A DNA stretch of 64,000 bases from Podarcis filfolensis (lineage: Eukaryota): the NCBI GenBank assembly GCA_964270895.1, contig OZ185436.1; one strand, written 5' to 3'. Made by a program: the position numbers and the translations under genes. The first letter of the stretch is position 1. Each line of letters starts with the position of its first letter. Shown here piece by piece: positions 38,755 to 51,461 of the stretch. The notes under the pieces are model-generated. The model ran no database searches, was not told the origin of the DNA, and saw only the letters and a program-made list of their open reading frames with translations.

Positions 38755-41030
38755 TTAACACTATCCACCTCACTCACCCTTCCACAAAATTTTATTCTGT
38801 TCCTTTCTTCAGCATGTATGTGCTGAAGCCGTCTTTGCTTCCCTGTATGACTTGATTTAATCCTAGAATGTATGTATTTTTTATTTTAATTGGTTGATTC
38901 CCCACCCCCTTTGCAAAATAAACTTGCCATTATCCTTTATAAACCAACTCCAAATCTGAAGAACTGGACAAAAAATGTTATAAGTCTTGGGATCTTAACA
39001 TGGTATAATCTTTCCCATTACAGTATTGAGTTCCCATTCTCATCCTCCAGCAGTTCACTTAACATCCATTCCAGCCTTCTTGATCTCTACTTAGTAGTGA
39101 TTCTGATGGTACTGATGCCCTTAAGTCAGACGTTAGGCAAATAAAGATGAACTGATATTTTCATGAAAATAAGCAGCCTCATCAAGTTTTGATATTGATG
39201 AAATGATAAAGAATAATAAAATGCATTAATTAAACATAGTGAGTCTAATGGGTGTACTGGTTTGTTTTTTTTTACTTTTTGCATCTTTCAGTTCATTACT
39301 CTTAGATATCGCTCACCCACTACTCACAGCTTAAACCATTATTAATCCATTTAATATATATCACTAGAGCTAGAGAAACCAAGAGGTAAACTAGCACACA
39401 TATTTTCAACTATACGTAGAAATGCTGTATTATTATCATTGTTGAGCATACTTTTTGCATAGATGCCAGCAAAATATCAATACAGGGCTTGGATTTGTGG
39501 ATTGTAGATTAGTTTTGGTGAGCATTATGAGTACTGAATTCCAAGCCAGAGAAGAATTCCTGATTTATCCTCTCTTTATGAGGCTTCACCTGAGGCAAGA
39601 CCCCCGACTAGCCCCTGCTGCCCCCACTGTAGCTATGGCAGTGCCACACCTCTCCATCCAATCTCCATTTAACCATCCATTTTGGCTTTCCTTATTTTTC
39701 TCTCTCCCTCAATTAACACAGGCTGGAACTGTCAGAAGGTGTTTCCCCCTTCCTTCCATTTGGCTGTCTGTTTTCTCCCTTCTCTCTTGCAAGGCCTCCT
39801 TTTCTCCCTCCGAGCTCCCCATACCACAATAAGGCTCACTGCAAGACTTCCCCTCTCACTGTGTAGCAGCTCTTTCATTCTCTTTTTCTCTCTTCCTCAC
39901 ATATACACATGATGTGGAAAAAAAGGAAGTGACTCCAATTTGTGTATCTAGACAGCAGGGGTGTTCCTGCAGGATACAGAGCACTACATAAAATTAGAAC
40001 ATGGGCTGCACACATTCTCAGGACCACAGGTTCTCCATCACTGACTACATATTTTCAGCTGCTGCTTGTTGATCATTGCATGCTATTTCCGTTCATCAAC
40101 GCCACACAAGTCTTTCTCTTTTAGGATCTTGTTTATCCTAGACATTGAGCAATATAGACTTTGTCCAATGTTTGCCTAGAAAGTGGCAGAGCTCTCACAA
40201 TAATAGTTCTAAGGACAACACTATACCAAAAACTGCAACAAAACAACCCCCCAAACCCCACAGCAATTAATGACATACAATGATAGGTAGTGCTTTTTTA
40301 ATACTAGCCTGTTCCCATAGGGGAAAAGCTAGATACTCAATGTTTAATTTGCAGTCCGTTTCGAATAAAGTACCCCAATAGATCAACTTGCTGTTAATCC
40401 TTTATATATGGTGCCAGTTATACACTGCTAGCATTGACCCTGTAATGATATCCCAGTAGCTTAAATGTATATATGCGTTACATCAGCTTTTCTAGCATTT
40501 CTGCACTCAGAACTGTTTACTATAGATTTCAATGTGGCATTTCAAACTCCGGCTTAGAGTGGTACTAGCCGTGTCCCAAGATACGCAGGATCTTGTTGCT
40601 GCTTGGGTTTCTCATCTACAGCTTTCTTAGCTCCATCATGTTGGCTTTAGTTTAGCAAACAACTTTGCTGGAAATTGCTTTTTGTGCACTACATGTTTTC
40701 CTAAGTGATATTTCCCCAGAGCTGGCAGATTGCTTTATCGTAGCAGATGTGCATGTTTTTGGAAAATCACTACCATAAGGAACAGCATAATTACATTTAC
40801 TGCTGTTTGCTAGTGAACTAAATATCAAATAGAAGAGATGGTACTCTATATGAGCCATACCATGTTGCCTGGAGCCCCCTCCTAAACATCCTTAGATAAT
40901 TAACTTCCCATTTCTAAGTGGTGTGTTCTATGTACTGCTTTTAAGTCTGTACTCCATTGTGACTCTCACACATACCTCACATGTAAGTGGTGAGAACATG
41001 TGGAGAGGCATGCTTTTTCCTGATACACAT

Positions 41031-41410
41031 AAAAGTAAAGGTAAGGTAAAAGACCCCCTGGATGGTTTAGTCTAGTCAAAGGCGACTATGGGGTTGCAAC
41101 ACTCATCTCACTTTCAGGGCGAGGGAGCCGGTGTTTGTCCACAGACAGCTTTCCGGGTCATGTGGTCAGCATGACTAAACCACTTCTGGTGCAACAGAAC
41201 ACCGTGACGGAAACCAGAGCACACGGAAATGCCATTTACCTTCCCGCCACAGGAGTACCTATTTATCTACTTGCACGGGAGTGCTTTTGAACTGGTAGGT
41301 TGGCAGGAGCTGGGACAGAGCAACGGGAGCTCACCACCATTGTGTGGATTTAAACCACCAACCTTCTGATCGGCAAGCCCACGGCTCAGTGGTTTAGACC
41401 ACAACACCAT
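41031..41410 (-). mobile_element. Sauria SINE (older)
   Basis: gtaaaggtaaggtaaa tail, body tacctatttatctacttgcac, degraded tRNA head. Confidence 0.88.
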
Positions 41411-42406
41411 AGTACTCTAGGATGAACAGTGGGGCTGCAGGACCAGGCCTTCAGCCCCATCCCCAAGGGTGCACATAATATTCCATGATAAATGGAGTTA
41501 CACTTGGAGCTTTTTATAGAAAAAAATGAAAACTAAAAACACCACCTTTTGCCACAGACGGAAAGGCAAAAGACTCATTGGCATCCCCATACACCACACA
41601 AAATTGGTGGCACCAATATAAAAGACTGCATTGAAAAACAGTGGTGCACATATGTAACATTAGCCAGAGCAAGTCAGGTAAACCTAGGTTATACTGCAGT
41701 CACTGGGGAGTTGAGGGCAGGTGCACACATGCATCTTCACTGATTAATGACTTCAGCACCCAGTGAGGGCTTGCCTGTGTGAATTAGCCATTACATGTTA
41801 AGCACTGCACTTTCATATCACCTCAAATAAAAAAGTTTTCACACACACAGTTGCCTTTCTCAAGCCCTAACTGATCAAGCAATTAGAAATGAAGTGCCAT
41901 AGGTGTAAGTGGGGGTGGGGAACCCATAACCGGGAAATTAAGATTATGGAGACCAAAGAAGTCAGTTCCTGGATTCCCCCCCCCCCCTTTGGACGAATTA
42001 GGCAATAGATTACATGTATGTATATATGGCACCAATAAAAGCTCCTCTCCCATTGACTAATAGTTGAAAAGAGTTAGTTCACCCTGCATGCAGCCTAGAT
42101 CCCATTCTCCCCTGCCCCTCAGTTTTTTATTTAAATAAAAACCATTAAGCAAAAAGTTGACGCACTGAAAACATACGTCTAACATACTGCCTAGTTAACA
42201 CATTGAAACTCCCCCCTAGTACATATTGGGCAGGCACCCATCAACATCACCATTTTGGTACCTATTGAAGACCTTCCTTCTCCAAAAAGCCTTTTAAGTA
42301 GATATTTGTTTTATATTCCAGGTCATTTCTGTATTGCAATTGAGACTGTTTTTTATATATGCTTTTATTGTTGATGCTTTTATTGTTAAATTACTTCATT
42401 TAAATA

Positions 42407-42631
42407 CAGTGGTACCTCGGGTTACATACGCTTCAGGTTACATACGCTTCAGGTTACAGACTCCGCTAACCCAGATATAGTGCTTCAGGTTAAGAACTTT
42501 GCTTCAGGATGTGAACAGAAATTGTCCCCTAGCGGCGCGGCGGCAGCAGGAGACCCCATTAGCTAAAGTGGTGCTTCAGGTTAAGAACGGACCTCCAGAA
42601 CGAATTAAGGACTTAACCTGAGGTACCACTG
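42407..42631. mobile_element. Tc1/mariner-type MITE
   Basis: TIR cagtggtacctc / gaggtaccactg and TA TSD. Same family as 21690, opposite orientation. Confidence 0.92.
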
Positions 42632-43436
42632 TAAATCATCAGTAGTTTAGCTCTAAAGACTCCCTCTAATATGTCCCCAAAAACCCAGAATCCAGGTCGA
42701 ACTCAGCAGGTTGAAGAGGGCAGGTGCAAAGTTCAGTGATCAACTAACATATGTTGAGTTGAACAGGACAAACTTAATGGGCTACGTTCAGGAAGTCTAG
42801 GAGGAAACAGAAACCCTGGAAAAGAACAGATTTAACACCTACCCAGGCCATATCCCTAGTGCCCTGCTTTGAAGCTTATATTATGTGGGGAACAACTTTG
42901 GGCTGAAGGCACACCTACTACCATACACTTCATCCTGGGCAGCTTTTCCCAGTGATGCAGCTAGGTAATTTTCTACCCTGGACACACCTTAAGACTGTAA
43001 TGTGTACTATTTCACTTCTAAACATGTGGAGCACACATTGAACCCCATTCCACTGCCTCTACCTATGAGCAAACATGGGGTAGCATGATCCTATCCATGC
43101 TTATTTAGGTGTTGAGCACTATTGTGTTCCACAGAGCAGGTACCCCTGCTTTATGCTAGCACTGAACCTGTTCAAGAAGTTTTATATAAAACAGTTCTGC
43201 TTTGTCCTTAAACCCAGGGTCCACTGAAAGTCACCACTCCAGCACCTCACCTACTCAACCTGTCTGGATAGGCCAGAATTCAAATTATTGGTTTGCGGGA
43301 AAGCCTGCTAATCCAAGCAGCTAGTATAGAAATTTCTCAGTTGCCAACTACCTAGTCCTGCGTAGCTCTCCAGGGGACATAGCCCCTTACAACTGACCAC
43401 CCCATGACTGAATAAGCAACCATTATCTATCATCAT

Positions 43437-43936
43437 GAATAATGGTGCTGGAGGAGACTCTTGAGAGTCCAATGGACTGCAAGAAGATCAAACCTCTCCA
43501 TTCTTAAGGAAATCAGCCCTGAGTGCTCACTGGAAGGACAGATCGTGAAGCTGAGGCTCCAATACTTTGGCCACCTCATAAGAAGAGAAGATTCCTTGGA
43601 AAAGACCTTGATGTTGGGAAAGATGGAGGGCACAAGGAGAAGGGGACGACAGAGAATGAGATGGTTGGATAGTGTTCTTGAAGCTACCGGCATGAGTTTG
43701 ACCAAACTGCGGGATGCAGTGGAAGACAGGAGTGCCTGGCGTGCTCTGGTCCATGGGGTCATGAAGAGTCGGACACGACTAAACGACTAAACAACAACAA
43801 ACAAACACCAAATAATGGGTGAAAGGCAGGTTTTATGGGCAAACTCAAAGTTCTGAGTCATAGAAATAAAATCAGGACATTGTTCAATTCATTATCGAAC
43901 ACGAAGAGTCGAACACGACTAAACAACAACACCACA
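43437..43936 (+). mobile_element. Composite Bov-B insertion: Bov-B 3' end + transduced unique flank + second Bov-B tail
   Basis: Bov-B ORF C-terminus (...RSAWRALVHGVMKSRTRLND*). 43801-43896 matches 47411-47506. Extra tail cacgaagagtcgaacacgactaaacaacaac. 12-bp TSD atctatcatcat at 43425-43436 and 43937-43948. Confidence 0.9.
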
Positions 43937-45776
43937 ATCTATCATCATATTAATTACTACACCAAACTTACTGCTTCAAACTCTTTACGATCCCCAATTC
44001 ATTCATTCTTTTTGAAAACCCTTGGCAGATAGGTTACATTTTTTGTATATCCTGACACCCATTTGAGAGATGGACAAAACAAGTGTTAGAGTGAATTGTT
44101 CAAGGATACCCACCAAGCCTTGGCATCGACACTTCCAACACTGACCGTGTCCTTGGCCAGCTTCAAATTAATTGTCTCCTAAGTTCTTTCTTTTCCTGTA
44201 AAAAGTTACACAGGGTTAGCATTCCCCACCCCCATGAAATCAAACTGGAATGAGGATCAGTCAAAACTGCATCAGATACATCACTTATTTCTACATAGCA
44301 AAATAGTAATAGAGGCATTCAAGTGTCTGTGTGGGAGGGGGGAGGATGTGAAAAAAATGGGATGGGAGGGAGGAGAAACAGGATAGAGATTCTGGAACCC
44401 TGAACTCTACCCTGCAACAGTTTGGGAATACTTTGCTGTCTATAATAAAGAATAAATATGGTTTGACACAGGAAATAATGTGATCCCCCTCCTGCCCTGT
44501 GCTGCATAAATTATGGGTAATACATACTGGTTCTCCGTTTAGCCAGAGGTCAGTTATACTGTTATGTTAGTAAATTATTAAAACTAAATGATTGTTGCAA
44601 ATCCTTAAGAGAATTCTGCAGCATATCTATGCTTATTGTAATTAATATTTTAGCACAAGACAATGTCTCTGATGTGGCGTGATTAATATAGAGGCCACAG
44701 TGTATGGAAATGAGTTTGACTTGATATTAAAACCGTGAAGACACAATATCATAGCCAACTGCAGCATCCTATGTTTGTTCTTGTCATCCCTCATGATACA
44801 CATGCAGACAATTGTAAGGAAAAATATATTCTTGGGTGTTGATTTTAGTACACAAACAAACCAGACAAAAGCTTCAGTTTATTTAGAGGGGGGGCGGGGC
44901 GGATTAAAATACAATCTAAGTAAAATGCAAGCAATATATTAACATTCTATGCAAGATTAACTAGAACAGAAGTCCTGTGTGCTCCTGCCAAAATGATGCT
45001 TAAGAAAAGCTATGTCTGAAATCCTAATCACTGTTATTAAGGAGTAAATCCCATTGAACTAAATGGGAATTATTTCTGAATAAGTATGCAGAGGCATGCA
45101 TAGTAAGTAGCCTTTTTTCTATGGGATTTTGCTCTGTAACATCTGTATTTAACACTTATAAAATTTGTTTCTCCTATGCTTCTGTTTTAAGGGACCAGCC
45201 ACTTTGGGGTCCTCCTCTCCTCCAAAAAAAAAACCCCATTGCACAGAAGAAAATGTCTTCTACACAGGGTACAAAAATTGAGCCAAAATGGAGAGATTAA
45301 TGACTGGCAATACTGCTGCACTCCATTCCCTGGGGACTTTGGGGAGTGTTTGAGGCTGCTGGAGTGTAGTACTGCACTTAGAGAAACTTGGATCCTGATT
45401 CTGGCACACTGCCATCCCCATGTCATATCCCATCTTCACCCACAAGTGATTCCTCATAATAAGTTGCACTTATGCAGCTGCAGTATTCTAGCCTGGCCAC
45501 CTAAAAATGTTAAAGAAGTACTATCTTGGGAGTGTACTATAAGATGACAATGCAGCAGCACAGAGAAGTAGGCATGATTTTGTCCAACCAATTATTCCTT
45601 GTTAGAGGGTAGGGCTGGAGTGTTAGGTGCATCAGACAAAACTATTAATGTGCTGTATTTAGTTTCTTTTCAGATATTATTCTAACAGTCAGATCACTAC
45701 ACTGTGTTTAAAATTTATGGTAATCTTGGAAGAGTTTTGGTTCCTCCCCATTCTTCTGCTGATCATCTTTTAAATC

Positions 45777-45998
45777 AGATAGGTAGCCGTGTTGGTCTGC
45801 CATAGTCAAAACAAAAAAAGTTTTTTCCTTCCAGTAGCACCTTAAAAACCAACTAAGTTAGTTCTTGGTATGAGCTTTCGTGTGCATGCACACTTCTTCA
45901 GGTATCTGAAGAAGTGTGCATGCACACGAAAGCTCATACCAAGAACTAACTTAGTTGGTCTTTAAGGTGCTACTGGAAGGAAAAAAAATTTTTTGTTT
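45777..45998. mobile_element. Penelope-like element remnant forming a ~93-bp-arm inverted repeat
   Basis: Arms ~45809-45901 and 45906-45998 are near-perfect reverse complements around a 4-nt loop (gtat). Flanking aggtagccgtgttggtctg is PLE pseudo-LTR-like. Confidence 0.8.
45901..45940 (+). ncRNA. Minimal type I hammerhead ribozyme motif (Penelope-associated)
   Basis: GGUAU-CUGAAGA-A-GUGUGCAUGCACAC-GAAA-GCUC^AUACC: helix I GGUAU/AUACC, core CUGANGA...GAAA, palindromic helix II, palindromic helix III AGCU, CUC cleavage triplet. Confidence 0.7.
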
Positions 45999-46883
45999 CA
46001 TCTTTTAAATCGTTCAACTAATCCTTTTTTAAAAAAATGCAGTTGAATTGTCACTTGCAGAGCCTGAGTGCATTTCTTTAAATAAATAAAACATAGATTA
46101 TTAAGTCTTGCTCCAGTAAGAAATATCAGTGAAAATAGTTCTCAAGATTTTTGTGTTACAGTGTACACTTTTACATGTGTAAATGATCTATCTATCTATC
46201 TATCTATCTGCGTTAGAACTTTGGATATTGTCACTGTTTTTCAGATGTCAGCACAGAATGGAAAGATGAATCTCTGAAAAACCAAAATCCTGCACTGGGA
46301 AGTAAATTAATCTTGCTCCTCTTACAGAAACAGCTTGTTAGTTAGCTGGAACTACATACTGAGTTTTATCAGAAACCTAAGAGTTCAAGCTTAAGATGTG
46401 TTGAAAAGTGTTCTCTGTGTCAGGCATTTATATGTCAGAAACTCAGGTTTTAAACTCTGGGGGAAAGTGAGCATTTATCGTATAGATCAAATAGTATGTG
46501 AGATGCATGGAAGTTCTGTCTTGTCCCACTAGGGAAATGCTGTGTTTATGGACTTACATCTGTATACAGGCATCATTATTTCCTGCATTGTCAGTATGGA
46601 GCACTCTCTCCCCTGTGCCATCCTGGCTTACAAATTAGCACATGCAGCAACAGGTCCTGAGCAGTTAACTACTCCATGGAAATATCTCCCTTCCTCTCAA
46701 CTTAACAGAAAGGAAATAGTTCCACTATGTTTATGTCTGCAAGAAATGAGATGTTATGATTTAAAATGAAAATGAAATGCCTGGACTCTATGAGCCTTTA
46801 TAAATATATCTAAAATAGCAATAAGTGACCAAAAACAAAATTGGACAAACCACTGCAATTAGCTAGCAGCTAATGAACACCAA

Positions 46884-47409
46884 TTAAAAGATGCCTGCTT
46901 CTTGGGAGAAAAGCAATGACAAACCTAGACAGCATCTTAAAAAGCAGAGACATCACCTTGCCAACAAAGGTCCATATAGTTAAAGCTATGGTTTTCCCAG
47001 TAGTGATGTATGGAAGTGAGAGCTGGACCATAAAGAAGGCTGATCGCCGAAGAATTGATGCTTTTGAATTATGGTGCTGGAGGAGACTCTTGAGAGTCCC
47101 ATGGACTGCAAGAAGATCAAACCCATCCATTCTTAAGGAAATCAGCCCTGAGTGCTCACTGGAAGGACAGATCACTTTGGCCACCTCATGAGAAGAGAAG
47201 ACTCCCTGGAAAAGACCCTAATGTTGGGAAAGATGGGGGGCACAAGGAGAAGGGGACGACAGAGAATGAGATGGTTGGATAGTGTTCTCGAATCTACCGG
47301 CATGAGTTTGTCCAAACTGCGGGACGCAGTGGAAGACAGGAGTGCCTGGCGTGCTCTGGTCCATGGGGTCACGAAGAGTCGGACATGACTAAATGACTAA
47401 ACAACAACA
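46884..47409 (+). mobile_element. 5'-truncated Bov-B LINE
   Basis: RT C-terminal ORFs (TNLDSILKSRDITLPTKVHIVKAMVFPVVMYGSESWT...), a (CAA)n tail, 12-bp TSD aa(t/c)gaacaccaa at 46872-46883 and 47410-47421, and a 19-bp internal deletion. Confidence 0.93.
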
Positions 47410-48267
47410 AACGAACACCAAATAATGGGTGAAAGGCAGGCTGTATGGGCAAACTCAAAGTTCTGAGTCATAGAAATAAAATCAGGACATTGTTCAATTC
47501 ATTATCTGATTTGACATATAATATCATAGCATTCCATTTATTTTACCAAAATCCTGGCCTATGGAAAGAGAACCATGCTCATTAGGACTAGATGTTCTGG
47601 AACAGGAGGTCTAGGTTAGGAACAATGTAGCACAGATATTCCAAAACTCTTTGAAGTGAACGAATGGGAAGTCAATGACCCTGGTAGACCACCGCAGTCA
47701 GAAATACAGAAAGTTTCATTTTGTATTGCTGCTAGCTTGCAGAGTACAGGGGAACCCTTTAAGAGAACTTGCTAAATGAAAAAGACCTTTTGCTTGCCTC
47801 TTTTCATTTTCAATATCCTCGCAACATTCTTGCACGCTCTCTTGCCCAGGCAGCTCTTAGGCTGTACAGTATTTAAAAGTCTGTGGACTGGCTCCAGAGA
47901 AACACATGCATGACAGGACTGGTGGAAAATGAGTTCTCTGCCACTGCTTCCACAGTAGTTGCTGATGCCCCATGAAAAGGCTCCAGTAAGGATCAGGAGA
48001 CCCTGCTGAATGGAGATGGGCTCTGGTGCAGGGGGCTTAGATGGAAAGGAAAATCTGGGGGGGGGGTCAACAGCAACCTAAGCCAATTGGCTTTGGCTGG
48101 CTTCCCTAGCCAACAATGCAGTCACTTGGGGGAGGCAAGGAGGGATGGACAGTGATAAAGTTGCTTTCCCTGACATTTTATACATGCATTTCTCCAGATC
48201 CATCCCTATATAACAAACCTTATTGAAAAACATCTTATAGCGTGGTGTCATAGTTGGAATACAACTA

Positions 48268-48479
48268 CAGTGGTACCTCTGGTTACAATCTTAATTCATT
48301 CCAGAGGTGTGTTCTTAACCTGAAACTGTTCTTAACCTGAGGTACCAGTTTTGCTAATGGGGCCTGCTGCTGCCGCACAATTTCTGTTTTCATCCTGAGG
48401 TAAAGTTCTTAACCCAAGGTACTACTTCCAGGTTAGCGAAGTCTGTAACCCAAAGTGTTTGTAACCCGAGGTACCACTG
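48268..48479. mobile_element. Tc1/mariner-type MITE
   Basis: TIR cagtggtacctc / gaggtaccactg and TA TSD. Confidence 0.9.
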
Positions 48480-48996
48480 TATTCCACGCTCTCAATGCAT
48501 GCATTATAGGGGAGGGAGACATGGCATTTTCAGATCAGAAGTCTGGGCTTCAGGCTTGTGGGGTTCACCTGACGTGCTCTTGCTCTAATTTAGAGTGTGA
48601 CATTCAATGAAGTGTTCCTCAAAGTAGACCCACTGAATTTAATGAGTTCTATTAATGAGGTCTATTAATTTCACTGAGTCTATTCAGAGTAAAACTTAAG
48701 TGAATAGCACCCATGGACAGTTAAATTTTCACATAGATTTCTAGCAGGTCAACCTATTCATTTCAATGCATTTGCCTGACACATAAACATAATTCTCTGT
48801 GGGTCTGAATGGGACACTTGCATTGACATAAATGGAGAATGGATGAGACAACTGATTAACTACAGAAACTTCTTAATGAAGCACAGCAATGAGATTTTAA
48901 TAATTCCTAGTGACTCAGGGTGGAGGTGGGGAATAACTTTTAGGCAGGAGAGGAAAAATGGACAGTACCCAACAAAGCACATTCACTAGTGTGGGG

Positions 48997-49184
48997 CATA
49001 GCTGTCAACCTTCCCTTTTTTTGCAGGAAATTCCCTTATTCCAGCACTGTTTCCCACTGCTTTCTGCTGCTATCCTGGATTGTTAGATATCCCGTAGACT
49101 GTCCCCAGGACAGGTGAGGCTGCTGATCCCTTATTTTCAAGGCTGCTGATCCCTTATTTTCAAATCTGAAAGTTGACAGCTATG
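48997..49184. mobile_element. hAT-type MITE with internal 23-bp tandem duplication
   Basis: TIR catagctgtcaac / gttgacagctatg, 8-bp TSD gtgtgggg / gtgtgagg, and aggctgctgatcccttattttca repeated twice. Confidence 0.85.
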
Positions 49185-49228
49185 GTGTGAGGATTTTCAC
49201 TTGTGCAACATAAATCCCCCACCCTCTC

Positions 49229-51455
49229 TGAAACGTCCCTCTTTCAATCGGTGTTAAGTTTTTCTCCAAAACCTTAGTTTTTGACTTATTCAATTTAAAT
49301 CCTGCCACTTGACCAAATTCTTGAATTAGTTCTAAAACTCTTTTGGTACTAGATTCTGGCTCCTGTAACGTCAAGACTAGATCATCTGCAAATGCTCTCA
49401 ATTTATACTGTTTGGCTCCGACCTGAATACCTTTAACCAACCGGTCCCTTCTAATCATATTCAGCAAGACCTCCAGGACCGAAATGAAAAGCAGTGGGGA
49501 AATTGGGCATCCCTGTCATGTCTCTTTCTCTATCTTAAATTGTTCTGTAACCACATTATTTACAATTAGTTTAGCCTTTTGTTCAGAATATATTGCACCA
49601 ATACCATTCTCAAAACCTTGGCCTACCCCCATACCCTGTAGGTTCTTTTTCATAAAACTCCAAGAAATATTGTCAAAGGCTTTCTCCGCGTCCACAAATA
49701 TCAGAACTGCTTTAGTGTTTATATTCACTTCTAGTTTTTCCAAAATATCAATTACGTTCCTCAAGTTGTCAGACAAATGTCTTCCCGGGAGAAAGCCCAC
49801 TTGGTCCTTATGAATCTCTTCCATCAGTACTTTTTTCAGTCTCTTAGCCAAGATGTCAGCAAAAATTTTGTAATCCACATTTAGTAAGGATATCGGGCAG
49901 TAGTTCTTAAGTTGAGTCTTTTCAGTTTCCGTTTTCGGTATTAGTGTAATATAGGCCTCTTTCCACGATTCTGGTGCCCTTTTCCCTTCCAAGATCTCAT
50001 TGCAGACTTCCTTCAAAGGTTGTAATAGCCACTCTTTCAAAGATCTATAGTATCTGGAAGTCAGCCCATCCGGTCCTGGAGACTTGCCTAATTGCATATT
50101 TTGAATGGCACCTTCTATCTCCTGGTCTGATATTTTACAGTTCAGCATTATTTTACTTTCTTGTGAGATTTTTTGTAATCCATTTGTTTTCAAAAAACAG
50201 TCAATGCCAATTTCATTCTGTGGCCCTTGTGCATATAGTTGTTTGAAGTACCTCTGGAAGCAGTTTCTAATCTCATTTGGGTTATGTATATCTTTTCCTT
50301 CTACTTCCAAATTTGTGATAGTATTAATTTTTGTCTTTTTTTCAGTTGCCAAGCCAGTAATTTCCCACATTTGTTCGCTGATTCAAATGTCTTCTGTCTC
50401 AATTGTTTAATTTTTCATTCTATTTCCTGGTTCATCAGTTCCATATATTGTACTTGATAAAATTTTATTTCTCTCAAAATCTCCTGCGACTTTGGCTTTG
50501 CCCTCAATTTTTTCTCTCCTTCTTTTATTTTCTCCAAAATTTTATCTTTTTTCTCATTTCGACTTCTCTTCTTTATTGCATTCTGTTGTATCAAAAACCC
50601 TCTCATTACGGCTTTACTTGCGTCCCAGATTACTCTTTTTTCAACCTTTGTTGACATATTTATCTCAAAATAGTCTTTCAGAGTTTTTGGGCCTTCCTGT
50701 GTACTTCTTCATCTCTAAATAGGGCATCATTCATCCTCCATCTAAAGGTACCGGTTGTTATTTGCTTCATCTCCATCTTTACAGCATTATGGTCAGAGCA
50801 AGTTTTAGGGCAGATTTCCACTTTTTTTATCTTTGGTGCCATTCCTCTAGTAATCCAAATTTGGTCAATTCTAGTCCATGTCATCTTAGCTTCAGAGAAG
50901 AAGGTTCCCTCTCTCTCCAGAGGGTTCTTAGTTCTCCAAATGTCAATCAAGTCCATGTTGTCAGTCTTTTCAAAGACTACCATCTTTAGTGACTACCTGT
51001 TTTTGTGCCTTATCCATATTTGTAGATACAACTCCATTCATGTCCCCCATCAAAATTATATTATAGTCCATATAGTCCAAAAGTACCTCATGCAACTTCT
51101 TAAAAAGTTCAGCTTTCCCCTCATTTGGTGCATACACCTCTAAAGTCAAAAGTTTCTCTCCTTGAAATTGAATTTCAACAGCCAAGTATCTTCCTTGTTC
51201 ATCTTTAAAAATTAATTTTGGTGAAAGTTTCTCTTTTACATATATCACCACTCCTCTCTTTTTGACCTTGTCAGACGAAATAAATTCTTGTCCCAATCTC
51301 TTATTGATAAGTATTTTCCTGTGTAGCCTCATTACATGTGTTTCCTGAAGACAAATCAAGTCCAATTGTTCTTTTCTTAATATATGAAAAACACCTTTTC
51401 TCTTTCGAGGGGAGTTAAGTCCATTACAATTCCAACTTAGAAGTTGCAAAGCCAT
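49229..51455 (-). pseudogene. L1 ORF2p (APE endonuclease + reverse transcriptase), disrupted and truncated
   Basis: Motifs SWNCNGL, CLQETH, MGDMN, SDHNAV, KSPGPDG, PISLLNVDYKI, DAEKAFD, QGCPISPLLF, FADD. At least 3 frameshifts (~50975, ~50670, ~50325) and 2 in-frame TGA (50415, 49516). Confidence 0.92.
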
Positions 51456-51461
51456 GATGAA

